Assembly (NCBI RefSeq): GCF_001194135.2 | Contig: NC_068983.1 | Span: forward strand, 100,817,827-100,881,826 | From: Octopus bimaculoides | Lineage: Eukaryota | DNA length: 64,000 bases | Direction of reading: 5' to 3' | Shown: one piece after another, positions 1-10,942 of the stretch | How positions within the stretch are numbered: the first letter of the stretch is position 1 | Layout of the letters: the number at the start of each line of letters is the position of its first letter | The notes under the pieces: generated by a model | Seen by the model: only the letters and a program-made list of their open reading frames with translations | What the model was told of the DNA's origin: nothing | Database searches by the model: none | Program-made: the position numbers and the translations under genes

Positions 1-628
1 GGCCTGGTGTCTATCAGTTTAAGAACTGTTGAGAAGGTTAGCTTTCCTCTCAGTGTGTTTGAGTCATTAATGATAGAAAAAATATAAAAAAGTTATATTC
101 AGTATACGAGAACAGTATCTCATAGTATTAAAATTACATAGTCTGAAATGCTCTTTAATTATCAAAGTTTTTGGCCATATTAACCTTTTCAATAGCATTG
201 AAACATTTTACAGCATGATAACAACATTGAAACTTTAAATTTCAACACACACAGTGTGTGTATGTGTGTGTGTATATATATATATATAAGGTATCCAAAG
301 ATGATTAAAGAATATACAGATGAAAACGTAGTGAAGACACTGGAAGAAAAAGTTGGAATGAATAACTATTTCTAGTAGTTTTTAATTTTCAGATTTCCAA
401 ATATAAATCTGATTATATTTTACCTTTCAGTCCTCAGGGTTGAAAATATTCATCATTAGGTATTAGAAATGTCATTGATCAAATCATTTAACAGTACTCA
501 CTTCCCTATAAATGCTTAATCTGATGACATAGCATATAGTTTGTTTTCACATAGTATATAGTTTGTTTTTCACTTTGATACTTCTGTGACACCTCTTTAA
601 AATATCCTATCACTGTCTTGTTGTTTAG

Positions 629-768
629 CTCTACATGTTGCTGCTGCTGCTGGCCATGCAGAATTGATCGACATTTTGGTATACCATGGTGCATCAGTTG
701 ATGCAACAGACTATATGGGACTGACCCCCATGCACCTTGCTTGTCAAAAAGGATTCCAGAGTGTAACT
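629..768 (+). CDS. ANKRD27: ANKRD27 exon: (A)LHVAAAAGHAELIDILVYHGASVDATDYMGLTPMHLACQKGFQSVT
   Basis: Acceptor ttgtttag|, donor |gtatgt at 769; ankyrin repeats; below the ORF-track threshold. Confidence 0.92.
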
Positions 769-1153
769 GTATGTTTTTTTTTTTTTTTGTCTCTCCTCTA
801 TTAATTGACTAATTAATAAATATATCAAGTTTTCCAGTGTGATATAAATATTATTGTATTTTTTTATCCATATAAATATTTAGCTAAAGTTTATAGGTTC
901 AATGTCTAGCTCAGTCAATGACATTATTTTCCAGCTTAGTGGGAAGATGGGACTTAGTCTGACACTTCAGATGTATAAAATAACTAAAAGTTAGGCTAAC
1001 TTGATAAATAGTCATCAAGCCATTAAAGCATGTTTTTGCTTGCTTGTGTGTTTATGTATGTGTGTCCTTGTGTATTTCTGTGTGTGCTTTTGTAATTGCA
1101 TATTTGGAGGCATTTTTCTCAGAGAGTTTTGTATTTGTAATATCTCTTTGTAG

Positions 1154-1246
1154 TTGCTTCTGGTTCATTTTGGGTGTAACCTGCATTTAACAGACAATGA
1201 TGGCAACACACCTTTGCATTCTTGTGCTGCCAATGGACATGAGGAA
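1154..1246 (+). CDS. ANKRD27: ANKRD27 exon: LLLVHFGCNLHLTDNDGNTPLHSCAANGHEE
   Basis: ctctttgtag| and |gtgagt; 93 nt, phase 0-0; ankyrin GNTPLH motif. Confidence 0.92.
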
Positions 1247-1580
1247 GTGAGTTCATTTTTCTTAATCTAGACAACTATTTGTTAAAACATTGCTATTTTC
1301 ATTGTCACTACATAATAAATCTTTTGAGCCCAATATCACTAAGACCTTTACTTTTATGATCATGAATATTGATCATAATCATCCTTCATCTATAACTAAA
1401 AATGTCCATAGTATTCAGTGACCTGTCTTTAAACTTACCTACAACTATCGGCACCTCACTGTTTCAACTTCTATTATGTTACTACACCTGCATCAGAAAG
1501 TGTGTCTTATATTCCAACATTTGTGCTCCTAGTTCTTCAGTTTATTCATTTCACTATTTCTCAGTTCTTTTTTTTTTTTT

Positions 1581-3300
1581 AGCTTTCACACAGGGAAAAG
1601 CACCACTGATGCTATATTTCTGGTAAGACAGCTGCAGGAGAAATACCTAGCCAAAGATAAACCTCTGTACCTGGCTTTTGTTGACATGGAGAAAGCTTTG
1701 ACAGGGTCCTCCGATCCCTTATCTGATGGTCAATGAGGAAACTAGGGATAGATGAATGGTTAATGAGAGCTGTACAAGCCATGTACAGGGATGCTGTCAG
1801 TAGGGTAAAGGTTGGCGACGAGTACAGTGAAGAATTCCGGTTAGGAATTCAAGACAGGATGCCCCTGGGAGCTTCTCTGTGCTGATGACCTTGCTCTAAT
1901 TGCTGAGTCACTATCAGAACTAGAGGAGAAGTTTTAGGTATGAAAGCAAGGATTAGAATCGAAGGGCCTTAGCGTCAACCTAGCAAAAACAAAAGTCTTA
2001 ATAAGTAGGAAGATAGATAAACCACAAATCCCTTCAGGTAGACTGCCCTGCTCAATCTGTAGAAAATCCATAAGATATACCCAGTGTAAGCTACAGACAC
2101 ATAAGAGGTGAAGCAATATCAAAGGAAGGCTAAGAGGGAAGATAGTTTTTGTGTGTAGCAAATGCTCAGGAGCAATAAACACTGAAAACATGCAGAGAAC
2201 AGCTTCTGTCACATTCCTGGGGGAAAAATTACAAGTTGTTGATAGTTTCCTTTACCTAGGTGACCAAGTCAGTAGTGTGGGTGGATGCTCTGAAAGTGTA
2301 GTTGCTAGAGTAAGGACAGCCTGGGCAAAGTTTAGAGAGCTCTTACCTCTGCTGGTGACAAAGGGCCTCTCACTCAGAGTAAAAGGTAGACTGTATGATG
2401 CATGTGTGCAAACAGCTATGCTACATGGCAGTGAAACATGGGCCGTGACTGCTGAGGACATGCATAAGCTTGCAAGGAATGAAGCCAGTATGCTCCGCTG
2501 GATGTGTAATGTCAGTGTGCATACACGACAGAGTGCAGGCACCCTGAGAGAAAAGTTGGACTTAAGAAGCATCAGATGTGAATGGATGACGACAGCTGTG
2601 CGAAAAAGTGCCACCCCCTAGCAGTTGAGGGAAGCTGTGGAAGAGGTAGATCCCAGAAGACCTGAGATAAGGTGGTTAAGCACGACCTTCGAACATTGGG
2701 TCTCACCAAGGCAATGACAAGTGACCGAGACCTTTGGAGATATGCTGTGCTTGAGAAGACCTGGCAAGCCAAGTGAGACCATAACTGTGGCCTATGCCAG
2801 TGCTGTATAATCAGCCCATTTAAGAGTACCCTTCAATCATTGGACAATAAACTATGCTTGCTAAGACCTGTTGAGGTCAGTGAAATCACTGTTATGGCTG
2901 ATGACAGTACCGCCTGATTAGCACCCATGCCAGTGGAACTCTAAAAGCGTGATCGATGCTAGAGCCGCTGACTGGCTCCTGTGCTTATGGCACGTAAAGA
3001 AAGCACCATTTGAGCATGGTCGTTGCCAGTGCCGCCAGACTGGCTCCTGTGCAGGTGGCACCTAAAAAGCACCACTTGAGCATGGCCGATGCCAGTACCG
3101 CCTGACTGGCCCTTATACCAGTGGCATGTAAAAGCACCCACTACATTCTCAGAGTGGTTGGTGTTAGGAAGGGCATCCAGCTATAGAAACTTTGCCAGAT
3201 CAGATTGGAGACTAATGCAGCCTTCTGGCTCGCCAGCCTTCAGTCAAACTGTCTGACCAATGCCAGTATGGAAAGTGAATGTTAAATGATGATGATGATG
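1581..3300 (+). mobile_element. 5'-truncated RTE-clade LINE: RT C-terminal part, Cys/His finger, 3' UTR, (GAT)n tail
   Basis: KSTTDAIFLVRQLQEKY, YLAFVDMEKAFDRV, LLCADDLAL, FLYLGD, AWAKFRELLPLL, MLHGSETW, with stops and frameshifts; ends in atgatgatgatg. Confidence 0.9.
2897..3140 (+). repeat. Degenerate ~55-60 bp tandem repeat (about 4 units) in the RTE 3' UTR
   Basis: Recurring gccagt(a/g)ccgcc(t)gactggc...ggcac.taaaaagcacc. Confidence 0.7.
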
Positions 3301-3394
3301 TATAACATCCAGCATGCCTATTACTTGCTTATTATTTAACATTCTCTGCTATCTTTGATGCTAATAACTTTGTTTTTATCCTTCTTTTATCCAG

Positions 3395-3503
3395 TGTGTG
3401 AAAGCTCTTGTTTTCAGTGACTGTGGGAATGGTAAATTGAATATTGATGCTGTAAATGATGCTGGAGATACTGCATTACATTTAGCTGCCAAATGGGGAT
3501 ATG
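3395..3503 (+). CDS. ANKRD27: ANKRD27 exon: CVKALVFSDCGNGKLNIDAVNDAGDTALHLAAKWGY
   Basis: ttttatccag| and |gtaaga; 109 nt, phase 0-1; overlaps ORF 3398..3619. Confidence 0.93.
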
Positions 3504-3593
3504 GTAAGATTCACATATTTTATAAAATTTATAGTTATCATCATTATTCTTGTTTTGATAATACTTTTCTTATGGTAATATTTGTTGAATGTA

Positions 3594-3825
3594 AGGTGGC
3601 GAGCTGGCAAAAACGTTAGCATGCCGGACAAAATGCTTAGCGGTATTTCGTCTGTCTTTACATTCTGAGTTCAAATTCTGCCAAGGTCGACTTTGCCTTT
3701 CATCCTTTCGGGGTCGATTAAATAAGTACCACTTATGCACTTGGGTCGATGTAATCAACTTAATCCCTTTGTCTGTCCTTGTTTGTCCCCTCTATGTTTA
3801 GCCCCCTGTGGGCAATAAAGAAATA
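3594..3825 (+). mobile_element. tRNA-derived SINE, family B (ggtggcgagctggca... gtcgactttgcc.ttcatcctttcggggtcgat)
   Basis: Box A/B-like head (gagttcaaattc) and a body shared with at least 8 other copies in the window. Confidence 0.85.
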
Positions 3826-3918
3826 AATATTTGTTGAATGCGTTTGCCATATAGCATATTATTACCTATCTAGCCATAGAAAAATCTTTCTGAGCCATTG
3901 CAAGCATGGAAAAGTGAA

Positions 3919-4078
3919 TATTCTTTTTTACTCTAGGCACAAGGCCTGAAATTTTTGGGGAGGGGGCCAGTCAATTAGATCGACGCCAGTACACAAGTGG
4001 TACTTAATTTATCAACCACAAAAGGATGAAAGACAAAGTCGACCTTGGTGGAATTTGAACTCAGAATGTAAAGACAGA
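3919..4078 (-). mobile_element. SINE family B, 5'-truncated, inverted relative to the 3594-3825 copy
   Basis: Reverse complement matches 3650-3760. Confidence 0.85.
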
Positions 4079-4249
4079 AAAGTGAATATTAAATTAACAA
4101 TGGTGGTGATAATTTTTTAATAAAAGCTGGGATCAGAACCCTTGGACTTTTAGCTCATAGGCTGCTGATATTAATATAGTTTTGGTCGCTTAAAATGTTT
4201 GAACGTATATAGAAATAGGCAGTTCTATATAGCTGCAAATATCATCCTC

Positions 4250-4380
4250 ATCACCAGCATTTAACATGTTTTCCATGCCAGCATATTCTGTTTTCGCCTG
4301 GTTTCTACGGCTAGATGTCCTTCCTAATGCCAGCCACTTTACAGAATGTACTGAGTACTTTTTATGTAGCACCAGTGCTT
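4250..4380 (-). mobile_element. RTE 3'-tail fragment; further copies at ~20900-20990, 22370-22560, 30200-30335, 41550-41675, 55560-55752, 57720-58020, 60150-60290
   Basis: Shared ggttggcgttaggaagggcatccagc.gtagaaac...ccatgccagcatggaa...gttaaatgatgatg sequence. Confidence 0.8.
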
Positions 4381-4614
4381 TTTATGCAGCTCCAGAGAAA
4401 TAATTGAGCAAAGTATTTAGTGCAAGGCCTGCAGAAGTCATAAGAGGTGATGAAGTATGTGCACTTGGTGATCTAGAGCAGAGGTGGTATATAGCTTGCT
4501 AGTTAAGAATCTGTTGTAATAGTGGGAGAAAAGATAAGGTGAAAAAGGCATGTCCATATTTCGTTTTGGGTTTGCAAGATTCTTTATGCGAGTTCGTGTG
4601 TTGAAGCATATTCT

Positions 4615-4878
4615 GTTGTGTCTGGCAAGAGTCATTTTCTTTTATGCCTTATAATTTAACACATTCACCAGTAAAATTTCCACTTATTTCTTTTTTATTT
4701 TTCTAAAATTTTTGTTGCGTCTTGCAACCTTTTCAATAGTTTTGACTCAAAACTATTGAAAAGGTTGCAAGAAGCAATGAAAATTTTAGGAAAATAAAAA
4801 AGAAATAAGTGGAAATTTTACCGGTGAGTGTGTTAAATTATAAGGCACCAAAAGAGAATGACTCTTCCCCCAGACAAC
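4615..4878. repeat. Fold-back palindrome, ~130-bp arms, centre ttttga-c-tcaaaa at 4746 (MITE-like)
   Basis: Arms are reverse complements with scattered mismatches and small indels. Confidence 0.85.
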
Positions 4879-5319
4879 GGCATATCCATAGTTTAGTGGT
4901 AATAGCATACTGGTGAATGAGTTTTACCAAGTGTTAGATGTGTCTATAGTAACACCACCATCCAAAATGTATGCAGTATTTTCATGGGATTGTACTTTAG
5001 CTTTGTAGACTCAACAGTTAATCATTGCTGAGGTTTTTGGAACCTTCAAGAGAAACCAAATGTTTGTGTTGTGGTACTATATATGAGGCTGCCATCAGAA
5101 ATCATTTGATTTGATGTTATTTTGACAGTTTCAGCTGAATATCCCTGCAAACAGAGAATGTAGTACAAGACTGTTTACTTGAGATCTATAGTGATTACAT
5201 CTTCATGATGTTATGACTAGATTGTATTATTCTCATTGGAGGATTTTCTCATGTTCTTTGATGATTTGACTTGTCCATTTTATAATTGTGGTGTTTTTGG
5301 GGTTTTTGATTTCTTCCAG

Positions 5320-5477
5320 AGAACATTGTGGAAACTCTAATAGAAAATAATGCTCGCACAGACATTCGTAACAGGAAAAAGCAATTCCCCATGAATTGTG
5401 CCCACAATACTCATATCCAGCAATTATTGTTAAGTGCCCCGACAGACGAAATGAGGCAGAGTTATTATGCTGGCCGA
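5320..5477 (+). CDS. ANKRD27: ANKRD27 exon: ENIVETLIENNARTDIRNRKKQFPMNCAHNTHIQQLLLSAPTDEMRQSYYAGR
   Basis: ttcttccag| and |gtaagt; 158 nt, phase 1-0; overlaps ORF 5328..5525. Confidence 0.92.
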
Positions 5478-5562
5478 GTAAGTAAAATTTGTACCTTTCT
5501 TTATAGAAAGCTCCTTTGTAACTGATCATGTGTATGCAGAAAAATGTTTGTGTGTATATGTA

Positions 5563-5620
<58 letters not shown>

Positions 5621-5812
5621 TATATGCGTGTGTGTATTTCTGTCTGTAGAATTGAAAATTTCCTTTAACAAAAAGCCAGTTACACATTTTTGTATATTCA
5701 AACTGATTCTGTTTGATATGATAAATATGAAGTTTGGGTTCCTGTATTAGTTTGTCACAAAGTTTTCTCTTGTTTCAAATCATTATATACTTTATTTTTG
5801 TTTCCTTTACAG

Positions 5813-5977
5813 TATTCTCCAGAACGTAAGACTGTGCCATTATATTCATCTTCTATAGCTACATCCTCTGTTTCCAGTTCAAATTTGTACGTTGAACAGT
5901 CTCAGACTGCTATCAATTCTAAATATAGACAACAGGAAAAATTATTCAAGGCTATTAAAAACCATGATGTGCAGTTG
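5813..5977 (+). CDS. ANKRD27: ANKRD27 exon: YSPERKTVPLYSSSIATSS...QEKLFKAIKNHDVQL
   Basis: tttcctttacag| and |gtaaga; 165 nt, phase 0-0; Ser-rich linker followed by EKLFKAI. Confidence 0.9.
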
Positions 5978-6313
5978 GTAAGACTCTTGCTGGATTTGAT
6001 TTTCATTCTTGCATTTTAATATTTCACTTCGGCATTGTGATATTAATAACCTGATGTAGAACTCAATAGATGCATGCTTCTGAATGACATGACATTAGTT
6101 GAGTATAGAGTGGTAAGAAAAAAGAGATAAAGAATTATTCTTTTGTCATCTCTTTTTTTTCTTAAATTGTTTCAGTTGATTGTACTGCTCCTCTACAAAA
6201 ATTGATTTTATATAAAGAAATCAATATTTGTATTTGAGATTTTATTAATGATCTACAAAATTTCTTGGTTTTGTTTGTTTTATATAATTACTACAATTTA
6301 CCTTTCTCTTCAG

Positions 6314-6448
6314 GTTCGTTTCTACCTCGGGTTGTCAAGTGATTCTGAAAATAAACTAAAGACACAGCAGAGTTTGGATTCTGCAATGGGTATTGAAAAT
6401 CTCTGCCATCCACTTTGTCAGTGTGAAAAATGTGCTGTCTTACAACAG
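6314..6448 (+). CDS. ANKRD27: ANKRD27 exon with Zn-fingernail CHPLCQCEKC (VPS29/retromer-binding motif in VARP)
   Basis: ctcttcag| and |gtagag; 135 nt; VRFYLG...CHPLCQCEKCAVLQQ, a motif diagnostic for VARP. Confidence 0.93.
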
Positions 6449-6784
6449 GTAGAGTGATATTTCTGTTCTCTTTATCCAGTAACTTAAAATTCTCTTCTGT
6501 TTGTAGTTGAATAAACTTAAAACAAAGTTATACATGTGTGTACCTGATGTGTGCATATGTGTCGAGTAGCTTGCATGCAATATAAATTTCATTTTAAACT
6601 GCACTGTATTTTAAAATGGTTGAGACTAACTTTCAGAATGGTATGTGAATGAAAATTTGTCTTAAAAGTTCTTCTTTTAATTAGCAACTATTTGTCATAG
6701 ATTTTTCTTGAGAAATCATAATAGTTACTACTCATTCAAAATATTCAATGACCCCTTGGCTGAAATAGAACAGATTGCCTTTAA

Positions 6785-7002
6785 CTCTTTAGTGTTTAAA
6801 CCAGCCATATCTGGCCCAAATATTCTATGTTTTATATTCAAACTGGCTATATCTAGCCTCTCACACATAACCTACATTGACATTTTAAATTTAAACAATC
6901 ACATCATTGAAACCTCAAAGCTATAAGATAATGCATGATTAATTCAAAACAATTTGAGTGAAAAAATATTACATTTAACATAGTAATCTAAACACTAAAG
7001 GG
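6785..7002 (+). mobile_element. piggyBac-type MITE (~215 bp) with TTAA target duplication
   Basis: TTAA|ctctttagtgttt...aacactaaaggg|TTAA. Confidence 0.8.
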
Positions 7003-8215
7003 TTAATAGGATATTCTTGCAGTAATTGGACCAGGAGTCATAGTTATTAGTTCATGGTAGTCAGTTTGACTAGCTTCATACTATTATTATATGTTTGTTC
7101 CCTTCTTCAAGATTTTGTTTTTGCTATAGACTCACTACTGAAGCAGTCAGTAAATTTAATTTCCTGAGTGATTGATGTTAGATGTAACATAGTGGCAGGG
7201 TTTGAGGCAGCCAAAAGTTTAAAGGAACTACTTTTCCTGTTAGCATCAAAGATTTCTTCATAAAGGCAGACTATGTAATACATTCATTAAGTGTGATATT
7301 GTGCAGCAGTGAAATGTGAATGACAGACTTATATGATATACAAGACTTTTAGTAATGTTGGAAAGCTGCAAGGAACTGAAAAAGGCCAGATTTTAACTAC
7401 AGGCCACCAGAAGCATGCAGAAGATTTTTATTCAGATTTTATAAGCAGATATTTAATACTTTATACTTGATTATTAAAATTCTACTGTGCAGTGATTGGG
7501 AAAGGAATGTGTTGAATACGGTCTGATGAGAGAAAATTTGGGTTTTACAGAACAGATAAATATTTGAATATCTAAAGCATCAACTACTAAACCAAAGTGA
7601 TATAGACATATTTTGTGAATAAAATATACATATTGGATGAAAAAAATGTGAAGTGACTGAATTATAGAGGACATATCAATTTGAAGATTGAGAAAACCTG
7701 GAAGTGTGCTGTTTGAGTGATGATTGAGGATTGAGAAGAATTTTCAGATTTACCAAGCTGGTGCTTGCTTGGAAAAACTGACTTGAGTCAATGATGTTGG
7801 TGAAAGGCAGTAATTCCATTGATGTTGGCATAACCACTGAACAAATATACAGCTTTATTGCCTAATTCTTTTTCTCTCTATTTAGTAATGTTTGATAAAA
7901 TGGGAATGCAATGTTGCTTTTGCACTGATAAACACACTACAATTTTATATTATAAAAGAGAAGCTGATCTCCATCTATCTCTCTGTAACAACATCTGTGT
8001 AGAGAGAGAGAAGTCAGAGAGAACAAGTTGTTTTTGAGAGAGAAATAAAGTGAAAGAAAGTGTAAAAGATAGATAAATAGGTAGTGTTGTCACCATAGTA
8101 ACTAACAAGTTTTGATTAAGAATGTAAGAATTTTATGTGCAAGTCTGTCAACTCAATGCAATACAGGCTTCAGAAAAAGACTATATTATGCATACATATA
8201 TATATATATATATAT

Positions 8216-9088
8216 AAACAATATATGAGTATATGCATATATATGTACATGTATGTACATACCTTCATCTACATGTACATATAGATACATAACTGGGTAC
8301 ATGACGTGGCAAAAGAACATGGACAAAATGATAAACAAGGTACAACAAACAAGCAAGCCACATAGAAACATCTCCTTCATCAGCTGCCACCATTAAAACA
8401 CCGGCGTTTCGAAGAATTAAGGCAGTACGCATCGTTGAAATGATTCTTCCGACAAACACAAATTAAATTGGAAAACGAAACGGTGAATGAACAAACAAGC
8501 AAAAAGGCTGTACAGCCAGATGTGAAGTGTGTATGTATTGAACGCTGTGAAGCACGAACAGGAGGGGCAAAGAAGTACGTGCGAGCTTGGGGAGTCCAAG
8601 AACGAAAAGAAATAGCAGCCGGACACACGTGACCAAGGCTGTGTAAAGAGAGAGAGTAAGAGTAGCAGAGGGAAAAGAAGGGGAGGAAGTAGAATAAATG
8701 TGAGCAACGAGAGGTAGAGAGAGAGAGAGAGAGATAGTAGTAGTAACGGTGAGAGGCGAAGGACAAGTAACAAGAGAGAGAGAGATAGTAGTGACAGGTA
8801 GAGGCGAAGAACAGTAGAGGGAAGAATGAGAGGGGGAGATAGATATAGAGATAGAGAGAGTCGCGTTAGAAAAATAGTTAAAACTTACTGTATAAAGGTT
8901 AACGCGTGTGTTCTGTTGTGATACAAACAATATATGAGTATATGCATATGTATGTACATACCTTCATCTACATGTACATATAGATACATAACTGGGTACA
9001 TGACGTGGCAAAAGAACATGGACAAAATGATAAACAAGGTACAACAAACAAGCAAGCCACATAGAAACATCTCCTTCATCAGCTGCCA
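8216..9088 (-). mobile_element. Direct-repeat-flanked element (repeats 8216-8389 and 8925-9088) in (TA)n; Penelope/retrozyme-like
   Basis: Near-identical ~165-175 bp direct repeats (one 10-bp indel). Minus strand carries CGAAAC-GCCGGT-GTT and CTGATGAAGG at the repeat junction. Related sequence at 40556. Confidence 0.6.
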
Positions 9089-9598
9089 TATATATATATA
9101 TATATATACACACACATAATATAGTTATTTTGTTTGTGTGTGTGTGTGTTTCAACACAGACAATGCCACACGGACTTTAAAAAAAGATTTTTACTTTGAA
9201 CAATTTATGAAGGTACGTGCATGATTAACAAATATTTTTACCAGCAGCATAGTGATGAGTAATGACCTAGTTTTACATTAGAATTCAACATCCAAGGAAA
9301 ATAATGATGTCTGCATTAGTAAAAGTCAATCATGGTAAAGTTCCTTTGCCATGGAAAGTGTAAAGCATTTGTTAATCTGTCGCCAGCCTAAGTGATAATA
9401 CTATTTTTTTCCCTCCTTTCCTTTTTTTTTCATATCCTAAGCAAGACTTGATATATTGGACTAGACCCTTCTCACAGCAGATCATTCCTAATACAATTTT
9501 ATTTGAAATATAGTTTTGTGGTCATAACATGCCCATGTTGACAATAGCCTAATAATTATCTCTCTCTTTCTCTCTCTCCCTCTCTCTCTCTCATTTAA

Positions 9599-9818
9599 TC
9601 CTTTAGCATTCAGAATTTTCTGTCCGATGTAAAGCTTATTTATTCAGATTGTTTTGAATTAATTATGCATTATCTCATACTTTTGAGAATTCAATGATGT
9701 GGCTTGCATTTTTAGAATGACATTGTAGAGTAGGTGTGAGAGATCAGATCTGGCTAGGTTGACTGTAAAACAGATAAATATATTTGGGTTGAATATTGCT
9801 GGTTTAAATGCTAAAGGC
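9599..9818 (-). mobile_element. piggyBac-type MITE, same family as 6785, opposite orientation
   Basis: TTAA|tcctttagcatt...aatgctaaaggc|TTAA. Confidence 0.8.
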
Positions 9819-10635
9819 TTAAACACTACTGCTGTCAACCTCACCTAAAGTGTCTGTCAAGCACTGAGATTTTTATCAATTATACCCCACCTCCCTCCAA
9901 CAATGAAAATTTACTTTGTGCTAATGTTAGAAATCAATGTTTTAATATTTTTGTAAATTACAAAGGAAAAAGAATAACAAACATTAGTAGGTGAAAATAT
10001 TTTTTTAAGTAGCGTATCACAACCTGTTGTTTATTTATGAAATTCAGTTCAAAGTAGAATGGAAAAACATTTTTTTTCTCTTTTATTCTCAATCTCTTTT
10101 CTCTCTCTCATATGTAACGAATAATGAATTTTATAATGTATGTTAGAAACTGAAGTATTTCTTATCAAACCTAAGGTTTGGTCTACATTACAGCCAGAAA
10201 TGAGACAAAATCTATTTTTCCAATCCAATTTTCTTTGAAATGTTTCACCATAATTATTTCTTCCTTGTACTTAGAAGAACGTTCTGTTATAGGCACTAAA
10301 TATATTATCCTCAATGCAAGACTGACAATTAAACAATGTCATTATTCAGTACCATGTCTGCCATAGAATTATATAAACCATCTTCATTAAAATATTTCTA
10401 GTGGATTTCATTTTTTTTTATATATTATTGTGTTTTAAAATTAGTTTAGAATTTCTTGTTTTTATTTGCAACTTATAGACATTGGTTGTGCCAGTTGTAG
10501 ATATTTTAAGAAGGCTTGTTTGCTTTTTCTCTTTTATGTACTTTTTTTTTATTTATTTCAATGTTATTTGCGAATGCAAGCATGCATTTAAAGTAGATAT
10601 ATTGCAGCACTAACCAAATTGCATTTTTCCTTCAG

Positions 10636-10665
10636 TCTTTAAAAGAGCTGCTATCTCAAGGATAT
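10636..10665 (+). CDS. Candidate alternative 30-nt microexon of ANKRD27 (SLKELLSQGY)
   Basis: Branch-like cactaac at 10608, tract ttgcatttttccttcag|, perfect donor |gtaagt at 10666; phase 0-0, no stop codon. Confidence 0.55.
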
Positions 10666-10918
10666 GTAAGTAACATTGTGCAACTGTGGTTCAATGTGTT
10701 TTCATTACTAGGCAACTGCATGACACTTCCATTGCCTCTCCCTTTTCATATAATTTGTCTTTTGTTGTAAACATCATTCACCCATACTCTTCTCATTTAG
10801 TAGTTAAAGTACTTGACCAAATATTCTAGTTTTTACAGCAGAAATAATAAGCATACAATTTATTTTTATTATTTACCTTGAAAATAAATTGCAAATGATA
10901 AACTATTTTCCATTGTAG

Positions 10919-10942
10919 CAGGAGATTATCACTTTAAGCTGA
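10919..10942 (+). CDS. Candidate alternative terminal coding exon of ANKRD27 (QEIITLS*)
   Basis: Acceptor tattttccattgtag|cag (NAGNAG); in-frame TGA at 10940-10942; followed by repeat-poor AT-rich sequence with AATAAA motifs. Confidence 0.3.
   Translation, partial: QEIITLS

Noticed and set aside
431-469. Possible extra ANKRD27 exon (cctttcag|...|gtatt)
   Set aside because: No frame resembles the expected RDDRG.T segment, and its 39-nt length gives no support for the phase-1 junction
506-706. Minus-strand ORF with a poly-Q run
   Set aside because: Antisense shadow of the (GCT)n Ala codons in the ANKRD27 exon
2151-2621. 156-aa ORF as a host gene
   Set aside because: It is the C-terminal part of a decayed RTE reverse-transcriptase ORF
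9248-9320. Possible intronic C/D snoRNA (GTGATGA box C)
   Set aside because: No CTGA box D at a suitable distance and no terminal stem
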